Shown here piece after piece: positions 8,117-17,679 of a stretch of 34,024 nucleotides of DNA. Both the position numbers and the translations under genes were made by a program. Origin of the DNA: Candidatus Altiarchaeales archaeon (GTDB taxonomy: Archaea > Altiarchaeota > Altiarchaeia > IMC4 > SCGC-AAA252-I15); NCBI GenBank assembly GCA_014727915.1, contig WJMO01000003.1, positions 1 to 34,024 of the forward strand. Direction: 5' to 3'. Positions within the stretch are counted from its first letter, which is position 1, and every line of letters starts with the position of its first letter. The notes under the pieces were generated by a model. It worked only from the letters and a program-made list of their open reading frames with translations. It was not told where the DNA came from and did no database searches.

Positions 8117-10030
8117 ATGGAGGGTAGAGACGCTAATCCTCAGGTTACCGGGCAGAAGAGAAGGCTTTTAGACTTCATAAACTCTGTTGGGCGGATAAGC
8201 ATATCGGGCGCCGCCGAAGAGCTGGACCTGGACAAGATGATGGTGGCCAAGCTGTCGGAGGAGCTTTCCAACTCGGGGCTGATAAAGGTCGAAGCCCACT
8301 ATCTGAAAGAGCCTGACCTGGAATCCGTAGAATTCAAGGATAAGAAGAAGGACCTGGCTAAAGCGGAGGCGAAAGCAGTCTCGCTGCATACGCCGGAGGT
8401 CCCGAAGTCGAGGGAAGCCATAAAGCCCCACGTGGAAGCCAAACCCGCGGAAGCCCCTGCAAAGGCTGTTAAGGAGGTGTCTGCCCCGGCTGAGAGGGCT
8501 GCGCCGGTTGAGAAGCCACGGGAAGAGGAGAAGAAATTGGAGGATTATGTGATCTCCAACGAGGAAGTGCACTTCAACGTTAGGATCGTTGACACTGGCG
8601 ACTACGTGCCCCACTACATGGTCTCCATGCCCAAGATAGACTTCGTTACACGAGCCCTGTTGGACGAGACCAAGCGGTCGCTCATCGGGGAGGTGAAGAT
8701 AGAGACAAGGGACATATTCGACTCCATGAAGTTCCAGAAGCTCAGGTCAAGGTTCGTCACAAGGGCGAAGGACAAGCTCAGGAACGTATTGAAGAAGTCA
8801 TCCGACGAGTACGTCGCAACACTGAGCCGGCTGCTCGTGAACGAGATGCTGGGGCTGGGAGACCTGGAATACCTGCTCTTGGACGACAGGGTCGAGGAGG
8901 TGGTCGTCAACAACAGCAAGGAGGTGGCTTGGATATACCACAAGGAACGGGGCTGGCTCAAGACGAACATCGTGCTGCCTACCGAGGACCTGATAATGAA
9001 CTACGCATCCCGTGTGGCCAGGGAGGTGGGGAGGGAGATAACCCACCTAACACCCCTATTGGACGCGCACCTGTCCACGGGAGACAGGGTCAACGCCACC
9101 CTCTTCCCCGTATCGACCGCGGGCAACACGCTGACCATAAGGAGGTTCTCCAGGCAGCCGTGGAGCGCGGTGCACATGATCGGGGAGGACACGAAGACCT
9201 TGAACTCCGAGGTTGCGGCGTTCCTCTGGCTGGCGGTGGAGTACGAGCTGAGCATCATAGTCGGGGGCGGAACGGCCTCCGGTAAGACCAGCATGTTGAA
9301 CGCGATAATGCCGTTCATGCCCAGCAACCACCGGATACTTTCCATCGAGGACACACGGGAGCTCAACCTTCCAGAGTACCTGCATTGGATACCCATGACG
9401 ACAAGGCCCCCAAACCCGGAGGGTGAGGGAGGCATCACCATGCTGGACCTCATGCAGAACTCCCTGAGGATGAGGCCGGACAGGATCATAGTCGGGGAGG
9501 TCCGAGCGAAGAGGGAGACGGAGGTCATGTTCGAGGCCATGCACACCGGCCACTCTGTATACTCCACATTCCACGCTGAACGGGCTCAGGAGGTGGTGGA
9601 CAGGATCATAAGCCCGCCCATGAACATACCAGGCACGGTGATGAAGTCGCTCCACCTCATAGTCATACAGTACAGGAACAGGAGAACCGGCGAACGGCGG
9701 ACCCTGGAGATATGCGAGATAACAAAGGACGAGTCGGACACGCCCACGTTGAACACGCTGTACAAGTGGGACCCGAGGTCGGACACCATAAACAGGATGT
9801 ACCCGAGCCTGAGGGTGAAGGAGGAGCTCGCCCTGTTCACGGGAATGAACGACAAGGACGTCGAGGAGAACCTGGAGGGCAAGAAGGTGATACTAGAGTG
9901 GATGCATGAGAAGGGCATAAGGGACGTGGACAGCGTGGGCAGGATAGTGACGGAATACTACCTCGACAAGGACAAGATCCTCGAGCTGGCTCGAAACAAA
10001 GGCTCTATTAACCTCAATACAAATCAATAA
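8117..10030 (+). CDS. Type IV pilus assembly ATPase (VirB11/CpaF/ArlI family) with N-terminal winged helix
   Basis: Walker A GGTASGKTS, Asp box SIEDTRE, Walker B RPDRIIVGEVR, His box HTGH..STFHA. ATG at 8117 preferred over TTG at 8072. Confidence 0.95.
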   Translation: MEGRDANPQVTGQKRRLLDFINSVGRISISGAAEELDLDKMMVAKLSEELSNSGLIKVEAHYLKEPDLESVEFKDKKKDLAKAEAKAVSLHTPEVPKSREAIKPHVEAKPAEAPAKAVKEVSAPAERAAPVEKPREEEKKLEDYVISNEEVHFNVRIVDTGDYVPHYMVSMPKIDFVTRALLDETKRSLIGEVKIETRDIFDSMKFQKLRSRFVTRAKDKLRNVLKKSSDEYVATLSRLLVNEMLGLGDLEYLLLDDRVEEVVVNNSKEVAWIYHKERGWLKTNIVLPTEDLIMNYASRVAREVGREITHLTPLLDAHLSTGDRVNATLFPVSTAGNTLTIRRFSRQPWSAVHMIGEDTKTLNSEVAAFLWLAVEYELSIIVGGGTASGKTSMLNAIMPFMPSNHRILSIEDTRELNLPEYLHWIPMTTRPPNPEGEGGITMLDLMQNSLRMRPDRIIVGEVRAKRETEVMFEAMHTGHSVYSTFHAERAQEVVDRIISPPMNIPGTVMKSLHLIVIQYRNRRTGERRTLEICEITKDESDTPTLNTLYKWDPRSDTINRMYPSLRVKEELALFTGMNDKDVEENLEGKKVILEWMHEKGIRDVDSVGRIVTEYYLDKDKILELARNKGSINLNTNQ

Positions 10031-10031
10031 C

Positions 10032-10898
10032 ATGACCTCATTAGCCGAGTCCCCGAACATGCTGAAGATGTCGGAGCCGCTGGTAGAGTTCGCCCGCCAT
10101 CTTGAACCGCTCTTCCCCCACATGGAATGGGACCTCAAGAGGTCGGACTACACAATCGACAGCGCACAGTACCTGGCAGTGACGTTGTACGTGACATTGA
10201 CGGTCTTCTTCCTGTGCGCAGCAGCCCTCGTGGCTCCGGTGGCTTTCGTCAAAGGATGGGAGGAAAGCTACAGCGTCGTGTTGGTCACAATAGGCGTCAC
10301 GGGCATCATGTTCGTCTACATGCTCATAGTGCCGAAGGTCAAGATGAGCTCGCGGGCCCGGATAATCGACCGGGACCTCGAATACATGCTGAAGGACATG
10401 CAGATACAGCTGACGTCGGGTGTCCCGTTGTTCGACACCCTCGTGAACATCGCCCGGGGCGAATACGGCGAATGCTCGAAGATATGCGAGGACATAATAC
10501 ACAAGGTGGAGCAGGGCAACTCCATAACGGAGGTGTTGGACGAGATGGGGCTGCTTTCACCCTCTGAATACCTTAGGAAAACCCTGTGGCAGATAGTGAA
10601 CGCGCTGAAGTCCGGCAGCGACGTCGCCAAAGCCCTTGAGGCCATATCAACGGACATAAGGCTAGAGAAGGAGAACAAGATAAAAGCCTATGGTAAGGAG
10701 CTGAACCTACACGGTCTCATATACATGATGCTGGCCGTCATAATACCCTCCATGGGAGTCACGCTGTTGGTGATACTCTCAAGCTTCATAGGGGGAGGGG
10801 TGATAAATGAGAGCCTTTTCTGGGTGATAATGGCGGCACTGCTCATGTTCCAAGCTTTATTCATATCATTCGTAAAGAACAAGAGGCCCAACATATGA
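10032..10898 (+). CDS. Type IV pilus membrane platform protein (T2SS-F/TadB/TadC-like)
   Basis: Directly after the ATPase; IDRDLEYMLKDMQIQLTSGVPLFDTL...YGECS...SGSDVAKALEAIS pattern flanked by TM pairs. Confidence 0.9.
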   Translation: MTSLAESPNMLKMSEPLVEFARHLEPLFPHMEWDLKRSDYTIDSAQYLAVTLYVTLTVFFLCAAALVAPVAFVKGWEESYSVVLVTIGVTGIMFVYMLIVPKVKMSSRARIIDRDLEYMLKDMQIQLTSGVPLFDTLVNIARGEYGECSKICEDIIHKVEQGNSITEVLDEMGLLSPSEYLRKTLWQIVNALKSGSDVAKALEAISTDIRLEKENKIKAYGKELNLHGLIYMMLAVIIPSMGVTLLVILSSFIGGGVINESLFWVIMAALLMFQALFISFVKNKRPNI

Positions 10899-10919
10899 TG
10901 TTAGGTGAGGATAGATAAG

Positions 10920-12071
10920 ATGGCATCTCCAAGAGACCTAGTAAACCAGATGTCTAGGATGGTATCCCAGCTCGTCCGGGAGCTGATAGAGCTCATACTA
11001 TGGGCTGCGAAGATCATAATCTCCATCTTCATAGTATTCCTGAACATCATAATCACCACGGTCAAGCTGGTCATCCTCCACATACCGAAGCTCATAGCCC
11101 CCATGATACCCAAGAGGACGAGCAGCAGGCTTAACCAGCAGCTAATATACGCCGGGGTTGAGATGACCTCCGAGGAGGTGATAAGCATCACCCTGGTCTA
11201 CAGCGTTGTTGTGACCGTGATATCCTATCTCACTGCCGTGCTCTTGGAGGTCGCCCAGCCCATCCCATTGCTCGTTGTCACCGTCTCTTTCGCATCTGTC
11301 TGGGGGCTGCCGTTCATACTGTTGAACCTGCTGGCAAGCAGGAGGGCTGAGGCTGTGGAGACAGTATTGCCCGACGTGCTGAGCATGATAGGCCAGAACA
11401 TGAGCGCAGGGATGACATCCTCCAACGCCCTCTGGAGCGTCGCAAGGCCCGAGTTCGGACCGCTGGCAACAGAGATTCAGGATGTCGCCAAAGCCACCCT
11501 AACAGGAATACCTTTGACGGACGCTCTGGTGGGCATGACAAACCACATCAAATCCTCAAAGCTTTCCAGGAGCGTGAGGCTGATAATACAGGGGATGAAG
11601 TCAGGGGGGGACCTCCCAGCGGTCTTGCAAGCCATATCCCAGGACATGAGGAGGGAGTATAACCTGAAGAAGCAGATGGCGGCGGAGACCAACGCCCACG
11701 CGCTGTTCATACTGTTCGCGATAATGGTGGGGGCACCCCTTCTTTTCTCGGTCTCATACCAGTTCATCATGATATTCTCCACGATGATGGAAAAGCTCAA
11801 CATAGAGGAGCTGGGGAAGGAGGTCCCGCAGGGTAGCGGGATGATATCACTGAGCCCCCTGTCCATAACTCCAGAGTTCTTCCAGTTGTACGCTATTGGG
11901 ATACTCTTCATCTCCTCGGTTTCGGGCGCGCTGCTGGTGGGCATGCTAAGGACTGGCAACATAGTGTCGGGAGTCCCTAACATACCCGTTTTCGTGGTTA
12001 TCTCGATAGGGATGTTCATGCTCATGAAGTACGGGCTGGGCCTGTTCTTCTCACAGATAGTCACATTCTAG
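10920..12071 (+). CDS. Second type IV pilus membrane platform protein (T2SS-F/TadC-like)
   Basis: VETVLPDVLSMIGQNMSAGMT, FGPLATEI, SGGDLPAVLQAIS; multiple TM helices. Start is uncertain (GTG 10905 or ATG 10920). Confidence 0.9.
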   Translation: MASPRDLVNQMSRMVSQLVRELIELILWAAKIIISIFIVFLNIIITTVKLVILHIPKLIAPMIPKRTSSRLNQQLIYAGVEMTSEEVISITLVYSVVVTVISYLTAVLLEVAQPIPLLVVTVSFASVWGLPFILLNLLASRRAEAVETVLPDVLSMIGQNMSAGMTSSNALWSVARPEFGPLATEIQDVAKATLTGIPLTDALVGMTNHIKSSKLSRSVRLIIQGMKSGGDLPAVLQAISQDMRREYNLKKQMAAETNAHALFILFAIMVGAPLLFSVSYQFIMIFSTMMEKLNIEELGKEVPQGSGMISLSPLSITPEFFQLYAIGILFISSVSGALLVGMLRTGNIVSGVPNIPVFVVISIGMFMLMKYGLGLFFSQIVTF

Positions 12072-12796
12072 ATGCGGGAAAGGAGCGAACCCATCCTTTC
12101 AACCTCTTCGGGTGAGAGGGAATACTCTGATTTCGTGCGCAGTATGTGGTCGCATAGGCTGTCAAGGTCAACGACCTCTACTGAGGGGTTCTTCAACTCT
12201 ATCTCAGCGTCAGGGTTTGTGAAAACGAGCAGGCCATGCACCCATATGTGGGGGGCAGGGCCATTGAACACATCAGACTGGTGGGCGAGTATGTAGTCTT
12301 TCAAAACCTTGGAACTCCTCTTTACCTGGTTGCTGGGGCTGCCTATCTCAAGGTTGTAGGTGCTGCCGCCCCTTCCAACCTTTATCTTCTTCCATTCGTC
12401 TCCGTCGCAGGATATCCTGCCGCCATAGTTCTTGGCTTCCACCACGAATATCCCGTTCGGGCCGATCACCAGATAGTCTATGTCACCCCTGTTGGGAGGC
12501 ACAACCAACCCGCTTAGCAATATGTAACTGTCGCTCAAAGACCTTAAAACCTCTTTTACAGCCTCTTCCCCGAGAAAGCCCACGCGCCAGGCAAGATAGC
12601 TCTTGTAGGAGTATACTCCAAGCCCATAGGATATCGGGACTAGAAAAAGGCCTAAGCTCGAGTAGGGCACCTTGTTTAGTATGAACAGGGCGAGAGCGAG
12701 CATCAGCAGTAGCATGAAAAGGGCTATCCTGCTCTTGACAAGCTGTATGTTCTTCCAGACATACAGTGTTTTTCCGCTTGACGTTATGAGCCTCAT
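12068..12796 (-). CDS. Membrane-anchored NERD (PD-(D/E)xK nuclease-related) domain protein
   Basis: Two N-terminal TM helices, then GFLGEEAV...DIDYLVIGPNGIFVVEAKNYGG...SPSNQ, the NERD motif set. ATG at 12796 (MRLITSSG) preferred. Confidence 0.85.
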   Translation of the reverse strand: MRLITSSGKTLYVWKNIQLVKSRIALFMLLLMLALALFILNKVPYSSLGLFLVPISYGLGVYSYKSYLAWRVGFLGEEAVKEVLRSLSDSYILLSGLVVPPNRGDIDYLVIGPNGIFVVEAKNYGGRISCDGDEWKKIKVGRGGSTYNLEIGSPSNQVKRSSKVLKDYILAHQSDVFNGPAPHIWVHGLLVFTNPDAEIELKNPSVEVVDLDSLCDHILRTKSEYSLSPEEVERMGSLLSRI

Positions 12797-12897
12797 ATGC
12801 CCCCTACAAGTATTTATAAACACTCGTTTTTAATAATTCTGTAATATCGGGTTGGCTGACATTCTTAAAAAAATATTGAAAACTTGAGGTGAAAAAC
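12797..12897. promoter_or_regulatory. Divergent intergenic region with a palindromic TATA-like box and the pilin RBS
   Basis: AT-rich; TTTATAAA at 12813-12820; GAGGTGA just upstream of the pilin ATG at 12898. Confidence 0.55.
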
Positions 12898-13131
12898 ATG
12901 ATTGGAAGAAGAGGCCAAGGCGCCATGGAGTACCTTATGACCTACGGCTGGGCTATACTGGTCGTGATGATCGTGGGTATTGTCATGTGGCAGCTGGGCA
13001 TATTTAACATGGGCGGCACGACCGTGACAGCCACTGGTTTCGCGAAGATTAAGCCGCAGCTAGCAGGAACGGGACTGACGACCGCTGGAGTTTTTAAGAG
13101 CATATTTACCAACGGCGTCGGGACAACGATT
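12809..13131 (+). repeat. Diverged direct repeat, copy 1 (pilin promoter, leader and 5' coding region)
   Basis: Matches 25695..26004. Exact blocks: TTGAGGTGAAAAACATG (12884-12900 = 25757-25773) and a 27-nt block (12993-13019 = 25866-25892). Most other coding differences are at third codon positions. Confidence 0.85.
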
Positions 13132-13380
13132 ATAGTGCACAACGGAGGGAGCACGGAGCCATCCATAACGGACGGCACCACAGCCTGCACAAGCTTTACC
13201 GTGAACCCGGAAACCGTTTCCGCAGGGCAGAACTTCGTCTTGACTGCGAGTGGTTGCGCGACCGGTGAGCCAGGCGAGGTATACGACCTCACCGTATCGA
13301 TTCCCTACACGGTGTCGATAGGCACGACGTCTTCGTTCCACAGGGAGTCAGGAAGCATAAGAGGCCCGATGGAGCAGTAA
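12898..13380 (+). CDS. Archaeal type IV pilin 1 (candidate major pilin)
   Basis: MIGRRG|QGAMEYLMTYGWAILVVMIVGIVMW: class III signal peptide with Q+1 and E+5; own RBS and terminator. Confidence 0.92.
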   Translation: MIGRRGQGAMEYLMTYGWAILVVMIVGIVMWQLGIFNMGGTTVTATGFAKIKPQLAGTGLTTAGVFKSIFTNGVGTTIIVHNGGSTEPSITDGTTACTSFTVNPETVSAGQNFVLTASGCATGEPGEVYDLTVSIPYTVSIGTTSSFHRESGSIRGPMEQ

Positions 13381-13390
13381 ACCCGCTCCA

Positions 13391-13410
13391 TTTTTCTCTT
13401 TCTTTTTTTT
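13391..13410 (+). terminator. Oligo-T archaeal terminator after pilin 1
   Basis: TTTTTCTCTTTCTTTTTTTT begins 11 nt after the stop codon. Confidence 0.65.
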
Positions 13411-15235
13411 ATTTTCTTATCTGTTCAGCGTCTGACGTGTGCGACATGTAGGTGAGGTATTGCACGCCAGTGATGTTGTTCTCTAAGAGGTATTCTGTCG
13501 TCTTCTCACGCCAGGCCTCGCCTCCCCGGCCGCTTACGTATATATGAGAACCACGCTTGTGGTAGTATTCCAACACCTCTGGGAGGGTTAGTCCAGCATC
13601 CATGTAAGCAGCCACCAACCGAACCCTCTTATGGAGCTTGGGGTATGCGAAGTAAGGATACTCGCGGGTGAGGGAGTAGACAATAACTGAATCGTCGATT
13701 ATGTGCTCATCCAGTTCCAACGAGGTCTGCCATACCAGGTCCTTGTACAACCTTAATACCCTCAGATCGGCATAGGCTACGGAAGCAGAGTATGAGACGG
13801 ACAAGACCAGGAGGATGACCGTAAGTTGCCTCATCCTGGGCAGGTTCAACAGCGCAGCCGACGAGGCGATGAGGCCGACTGACAAGGCCGTGGGTATGAG
13901 CCTGGACGGGCCAACAGAGTATAGCCTATCTCCAGAGGCTAGCAGGTAGCCTGTGAAGGCAAGGAACAGGAAGGCATGGTATGCGAGCTCTCTCCTGCTC
14001 AAATAGCCTGCCAAGACGCTGATTGAATAGGCTGATAAAAGAGCTATGAATGGAAGGCAGTCTATGAAGTATCTTAGGCTGTAGGTCTCGTCTGCGCCGC
14101 CCCCGGATATCCTCAATGACAGTAGTATCTGAGCAAGTGAGAGAGCTGTGATGAACAGCATGGGCGCAACAGGAAACCTGCGTTTGACCATGAGATACGG
14201 CGCCAGAGCAGCGACTGTTATGAAGGGGGTGGACTGCAGTAGAGCCTTCTTGAAATCCCCCGTGTAGTCGGGAACATGCTTCATGTCGAAGAGCATGCCA
14301 TATGCGCGGGTCAAGGCCAGCCTGCCGGGGCTAAAGGATGAGATTGCCAGGATAGCCAACGCGGAGACAATCATCAAAAGCCTGAAATCCACATCCTCAA
14401 CTCTGAAATCGCGCCTGCGAAGTAGCTCGACGGCTGCGAAACATAGGGCAGACGCCAGGACACCAGCGGTAAGGTAGAAGTTAGCCTTTTCAGAGGGGTA
14501 GGAGGTCTCGAGGAAGCTTCCGAACATCTTTTGGTTTAGGTAACCCAGGAAAATAGCAGGCAGTATCATCCCTGCTATGAAGGGTTTGAAACTTCGGGGC
14601 ATGGCGAACCAGACGAAGAACATCTCGGCCATCAAGAAAACGCCGTTGGTGTAGCGGACCCCCACTGACATGAAGGAAAGGAAACCTGCGAGGAACACCA
14701 GACTGGCGGATGTTGAGCCCATGCAGTGCTCCCTTAGAAGAAGATATGCTGACGAGAGGACAAACAGTACGGATAGCATGTGAGGCCATAGCATCTGCGA
14801 GTATGCCAGTGTGAAGGTGAAAGCGTATAGTAGAGAGGAGAGGGCAGCCAACTCCCTGGAAAAGAGGAGGCATCCCATCCTGTAGAGCAGATAGACAGAA
14901 CAGCAGTATGCGATGACGTTCATGAGGTTCAAGCCATAGACGCCAAGAAGCAGATAGAATGGGGCGGCCATGAAAGTGTAAAAAGGTGCGGGTATCCCAT
15001 ACATCCTTATCTCAACCCCGTTGCTCACCAACTGCATGCCAGGCAACAAAAGCTCGGGGGTTTGCACCTCATCGAATCCGTTCCAAACATGCAATTCGCC
15101 CCTGTCCGCGAAAGAGGCCACCATCAGCAGATAGGTGGCCTCGTCCGTCACCCATATGCCCGGGGTCAGGGTAGCCACCAGGAATGCGAACAGGGACAGC
15201 ACAAAAGCCAGAACTAGGATGTCAACCCTTTCCAT
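13409..15235 (-). CDS. GT-C fold polytopic glycosyltransferase (PMT/ArnT-like)
   Basis: One TM helix followed by a loop with a DE motif (WVTDEATY); more than ten hydrophobic segments; RY motifs (GVRYTN, SLRYFI); soluble C-terminal domain. Confidence 0.75.
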   Translation of the reverse strand: MERVDILVLAFVLSLFAFLVATLTPGIWVTDEATYLLMVASFADRGELHVWNGFDEVQTPELLLPGMQLVSNGVEIRMYGIPAPFYTFMAAPFYLLLGVYGLNLMNVIAYCCSVYLLYRMGCLLFSRELAALSSLLYAFTFTLAYSQMLWPHMLSVLFVLSSAYLLLREHCMGSTSASLVFLAGFLSFMSVGVRYTNGVFLMAEMFFVWFAMPRSFKPFIAGMILPAIFLGYLNQKMFGSFLETSYPSEKANFYLTAGVLASALCFAAVELLRRRDFRVEDVDFRLLMIVSALAILAISSFSPGRLALTRAYGMLFDMKHVPDYTGDFKKALLQSTPFITVAALAPYLMVKRRFPVAPMLFITALSLAQILLSLRISGGGADETYSLRYFIDCLPFIALLSAYSISVLAGYLSRRELAYHAFLFLAFTGYLLASGDRLYSVGPSRLIPTALSVGLIASSAALLNLPRMRQLTVILLVLSVSYSASVAYADLRVLRLYKDLVWQTSLELDEHIIDDSVIVYSLTREYPYFAYPKLHKRVRLVAAYMDAGLTLPEVLEYYHKRGSHIYVSGRGGEAWREKTTEYLLENNITGVQYLTYMSHTSDAEQIRK

Positions 15236-16157
15236 CAGACCTTCCCTCCCTTACATATTCCCGCATAAGGTTCAAGCCAGCAACCGGGGAAAGCAGGAAA
15301 ACTGTGGAAACGGTGATAAAACGTTCTACGACGCCCACCAGCAAACCCTCGGCAAGTCCGTATCCCAGAAGCCCGGATGAGAAGCTGACCGCGAGCTCCT
15401 TGACTCCCAAACCGGCAGGAGTGAGGTTTATGAGCACGGAAAGCATGGAAACGATGGATATGAACACGCATGGAAGCAAGGCAACGTCGTAGCCAACGGA
15501 GTTGAATATCAGATAGAACCTGGCAACCACCAAGGCTGCAGTGAAGAGCTCAACACCCACCAAAGCCAGTAAGGTACGGTAGTCTCCGAATATGGCTGCA
15601 ACCCCGCTGAAGCTCCTGCCAACACGGCCGAGGACTGGATTGGAGGATTTGAAGGATGGTTTGAGCAGAGCCACGGAAACAGCAAACAGGCACAGAAGAC
15701 CGAAGAAACCTGCGAGTTCCAGGTTGAAAGAAGTCCCTGTTAACCCGATGTAAAGGACAGAGGAAAAGCCGAGAAGACCATACAATGAGAAGATCACGAG
15801 GTAGGTGGCTACCATGGTTGAAACGAATTTAGTGTAAGGAAAGCCATGTTTCTTCTTGAGATAGTAAGCCCTGAAGCCTGCCCCACCCCTGAAGGGGATA
15901 AGGTGATTGCCGACGGTCGTGAGTACTGCCAGGTTGAAAGACTCCCGAACTCCGAGTTGAACGTGGAAAACTCCCGTCAATACCTTTATCCGAAGGCCGT
16001 TGAAGAAAACACTCAGACACATCAGGAACAGGAGGGCTGGGAGATACGCCAGGTCGAAGTCGGGGACCTCTCTTAATCTTGCGAACAAGGCTGCCATAAC
16101 CGCCACGAGTACAGCCGTTAAGGCCAGCATCCAAGGCCATATCCTATCTGCCATCAT
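15222..16157 (-). CDS. UPF0104 / lysylphosphatidylglycerol-synthase-TM (flippase-like) membrane protein
   Basis: NHLIPFRGGAGFRAYYLKK and LTPAGLGVKE...ERFI motifs; polytopic. Confidence 0.8.
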   Translation of the reverse strand: MMADRIWPWMLALTAVLVAVMAALFARLREVPDFDLAYLPALLFLMCLSVFFNGLRIKVLTGVFHVQLGVRESFNLAVLTTVGNHLIPFRGGAGFRAYYLKKKHGFPYTKFVSTMVATYLVIFSLYGLLGFSSVLYIGLTGTSFNLELAGFFGLLCLFAVSVALLKPSFKSSNPVLGRVGRSFSGVAAIFGDYRTLLALVGVELFTAALVVARFYLIFNSVGYDVALLPCVFISIVSMLSVLINLTPAGLGVKELAVSFSSGLLGYGLAEGLLVGVVERFITVSTVFLLSPVAGLNLMREYVREGRSDGKG

Positions 16158-17676
16158 CGCATATCACCTTCCCATCCATGGACTCAGGGACTCGGCAGCC
16201 CATGAGGTCGAGTATAGTAGGAGCCACATCGGTTATCTCCAAACCGTGAATTTCCTGCATGCTCTCCACGCCCGCTCCGGACGCGATGAAAACACCATTA
16301 AGACGGTGGTTACCTGAAGTTTGAGTCTGAGGTTCGACAAAGAGCTTGTTTGAAACGAACGCGAACATCCCCGCCACCAGGTAGGAGAAGTCACGCATCG
16401 AATAGACCAGGTCAGGCATCCTATCCAAGTATTCGCCGGAGTAGAGTTCTTCCTTCCTCCATACCCGATCAACGAGCCTCTCCCCGCTTACAGGGTCTTC
16501 AAATCCCTCCAAATCACTTTGAAGGGATGATAGTAGCTGCTCATGGTCTCTGCCAGGCTCGACTATGCCCTTGGGCTGACGGCCTTTCAAGTTCGCGAAT
16601 ATCCCGCCGTATGAGCCGAAACTGTAGGCTCTGGTCTTCGACCAGTCGATGTCCTTGAAGGAGAAGGAGAAAAGGGAGATCAGTTTGTTGAAGACTTTGA
16701 AGTACTTGGCCTTCTTGGAGTGGCCGAACCGGCCCAGGCCGGCTTTAACAAGAGACAGGGGAGTTATGCCAGCCTTGAATAGGATCCTCTTGACAAACCC
16801 GACCCCCGAATCTTTCAGGGAAAGGTACCCCCTGTCACGGAGCCACTTGTTCAAAACAACGTTGTCCCTGCTGGGGCCACAGCCATGATCAGAGACCAAC
16901 AAAACCACAGCATCATCGGGCACGGACTTGATCAGCTCGCCGATCGCGTTGTCGACTCTAGAGTAAACCTCTTCAACGGCCGTCTCATACTCGGACCCGT
17001 CAGGCTCCATGGAACCGTCCATTTTTGAGTCCATGTACTTCCAATACCAGTGCTGGGCGTGGTCGACGCTCATGAAAGTCACCATCATGAAATCCCATTC
17101 CCGCTTTGAGAACAGGTATTTAGCAGTTTCCAGCTGTATGTCAACAAGCTCCAGAATATCCTCCAAAAAACGTTTCCTATCCTCCTCGCGGTCAGAATAC
17201 CTCGAATCCTCTATCAGCTTGAATCCTTTGATATTCTTCAGGAGCTCATCCTTAAGATTCAGAGGATGGGTGAAGTCGCTGTCCAATCCAGGGGTCATGA
17301 AACCCGAGACCATGAATCCGTTGACCTTCTGCGGCGGATAGGTGTAGGGGACGTTCACCACGCAACATGACCTGCCCTCGTCCGAGAGGTAATCCCATAT
17401 ACGCTTCACGGGGCCGCCGCCGTAGGAGTTTATCCTTATGTTATAGTCATCATCCAGGTGGTAGAAGTCGTATATTCCATGGGCGCCTGGATTCCTGCCG
17501 GTCAGCATGGAAGTCCACGCACATGGTGTGATGGGAGGTATGGTCGACTTCAGCTCGCCCCACATCCCAGAGTCCATCAGACCTGATATGTTCTTAAGCT
17601 TACCCTTGGCTGCCAGGGGTCGTATTATGTCGAATGTGGCACCGTCTATCCCAATGACCAAAACCCTGTATTTCAT
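16144..17676 (-). CDS. Alkaline-phosphatase-superfamily nucleotide pyrophosphatase/phosphodiesterase-like protein
   Basis: IGIDGAT, STIPPITPCAWTSMLTGRNPGAHG, DHAQH, VSDHG, GNHRLNG, DVAPTIL; no signal peptide. Confidence 0.88.
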   Translation of the reverse strand: MKYRVLVIGIDGATFDIIRPLAAKGKLKNISGLMDSGMWGELKSTIPPITPCAWTSMLTGRNPGAHGIYDFYHLDDDYNIRINSYGGGPVKRIWDYLSDEGRSCCVVNVPYTYPPQKVNGFMVSGFMTPGLDSDFTHPLNLKDELLKNIKGFKLIEDSRYSDREEDRKRFLEDILELVDIQLETAKYLFSKREWDFMMVTFMSVDHAQHWYWKYMDSKMDGSMEPDGSEYETAVEEVYSRVDNAIGELIKSVPDDAVVLLVSDHGCGPSRDNVVLNKWLRDRGYLSLKDSGVGFVKRILFKAGITPLSLVKAGLGRFGHSKKAKYFKVFNKLISLFSFSFKDIDWSKTRAYSFGSYGGIFANLKGRQPKGIVEPGRDHEQLLSSLQSDLEGFEDPVSGERLVDRVWRKEELYSGEYLDRMPDLVYSMRDFSYLVAGMFAFVSNKLFVEPQTQTSGNHRLNGVFIASGAGVESMQEIHGLEITDVAPTILDLMGCRVPESMDGKVICDDGR

Positions 17677-17679
17677 ATT

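Noticed and set aside
8117-12071. Archaellum (ArlI/ArlJ) operon
   Set aside because: There are two separate single-domain platform genes, no ArlH/ArlF/ArlG-like genes, and the filament proteins are pilin-type rather than archaellin-type.
13409-15235. AglB/STT3 oligosaccharyltransferase
   Set aside because: No WWDxG motif is present in the soluble C-terminal domain.
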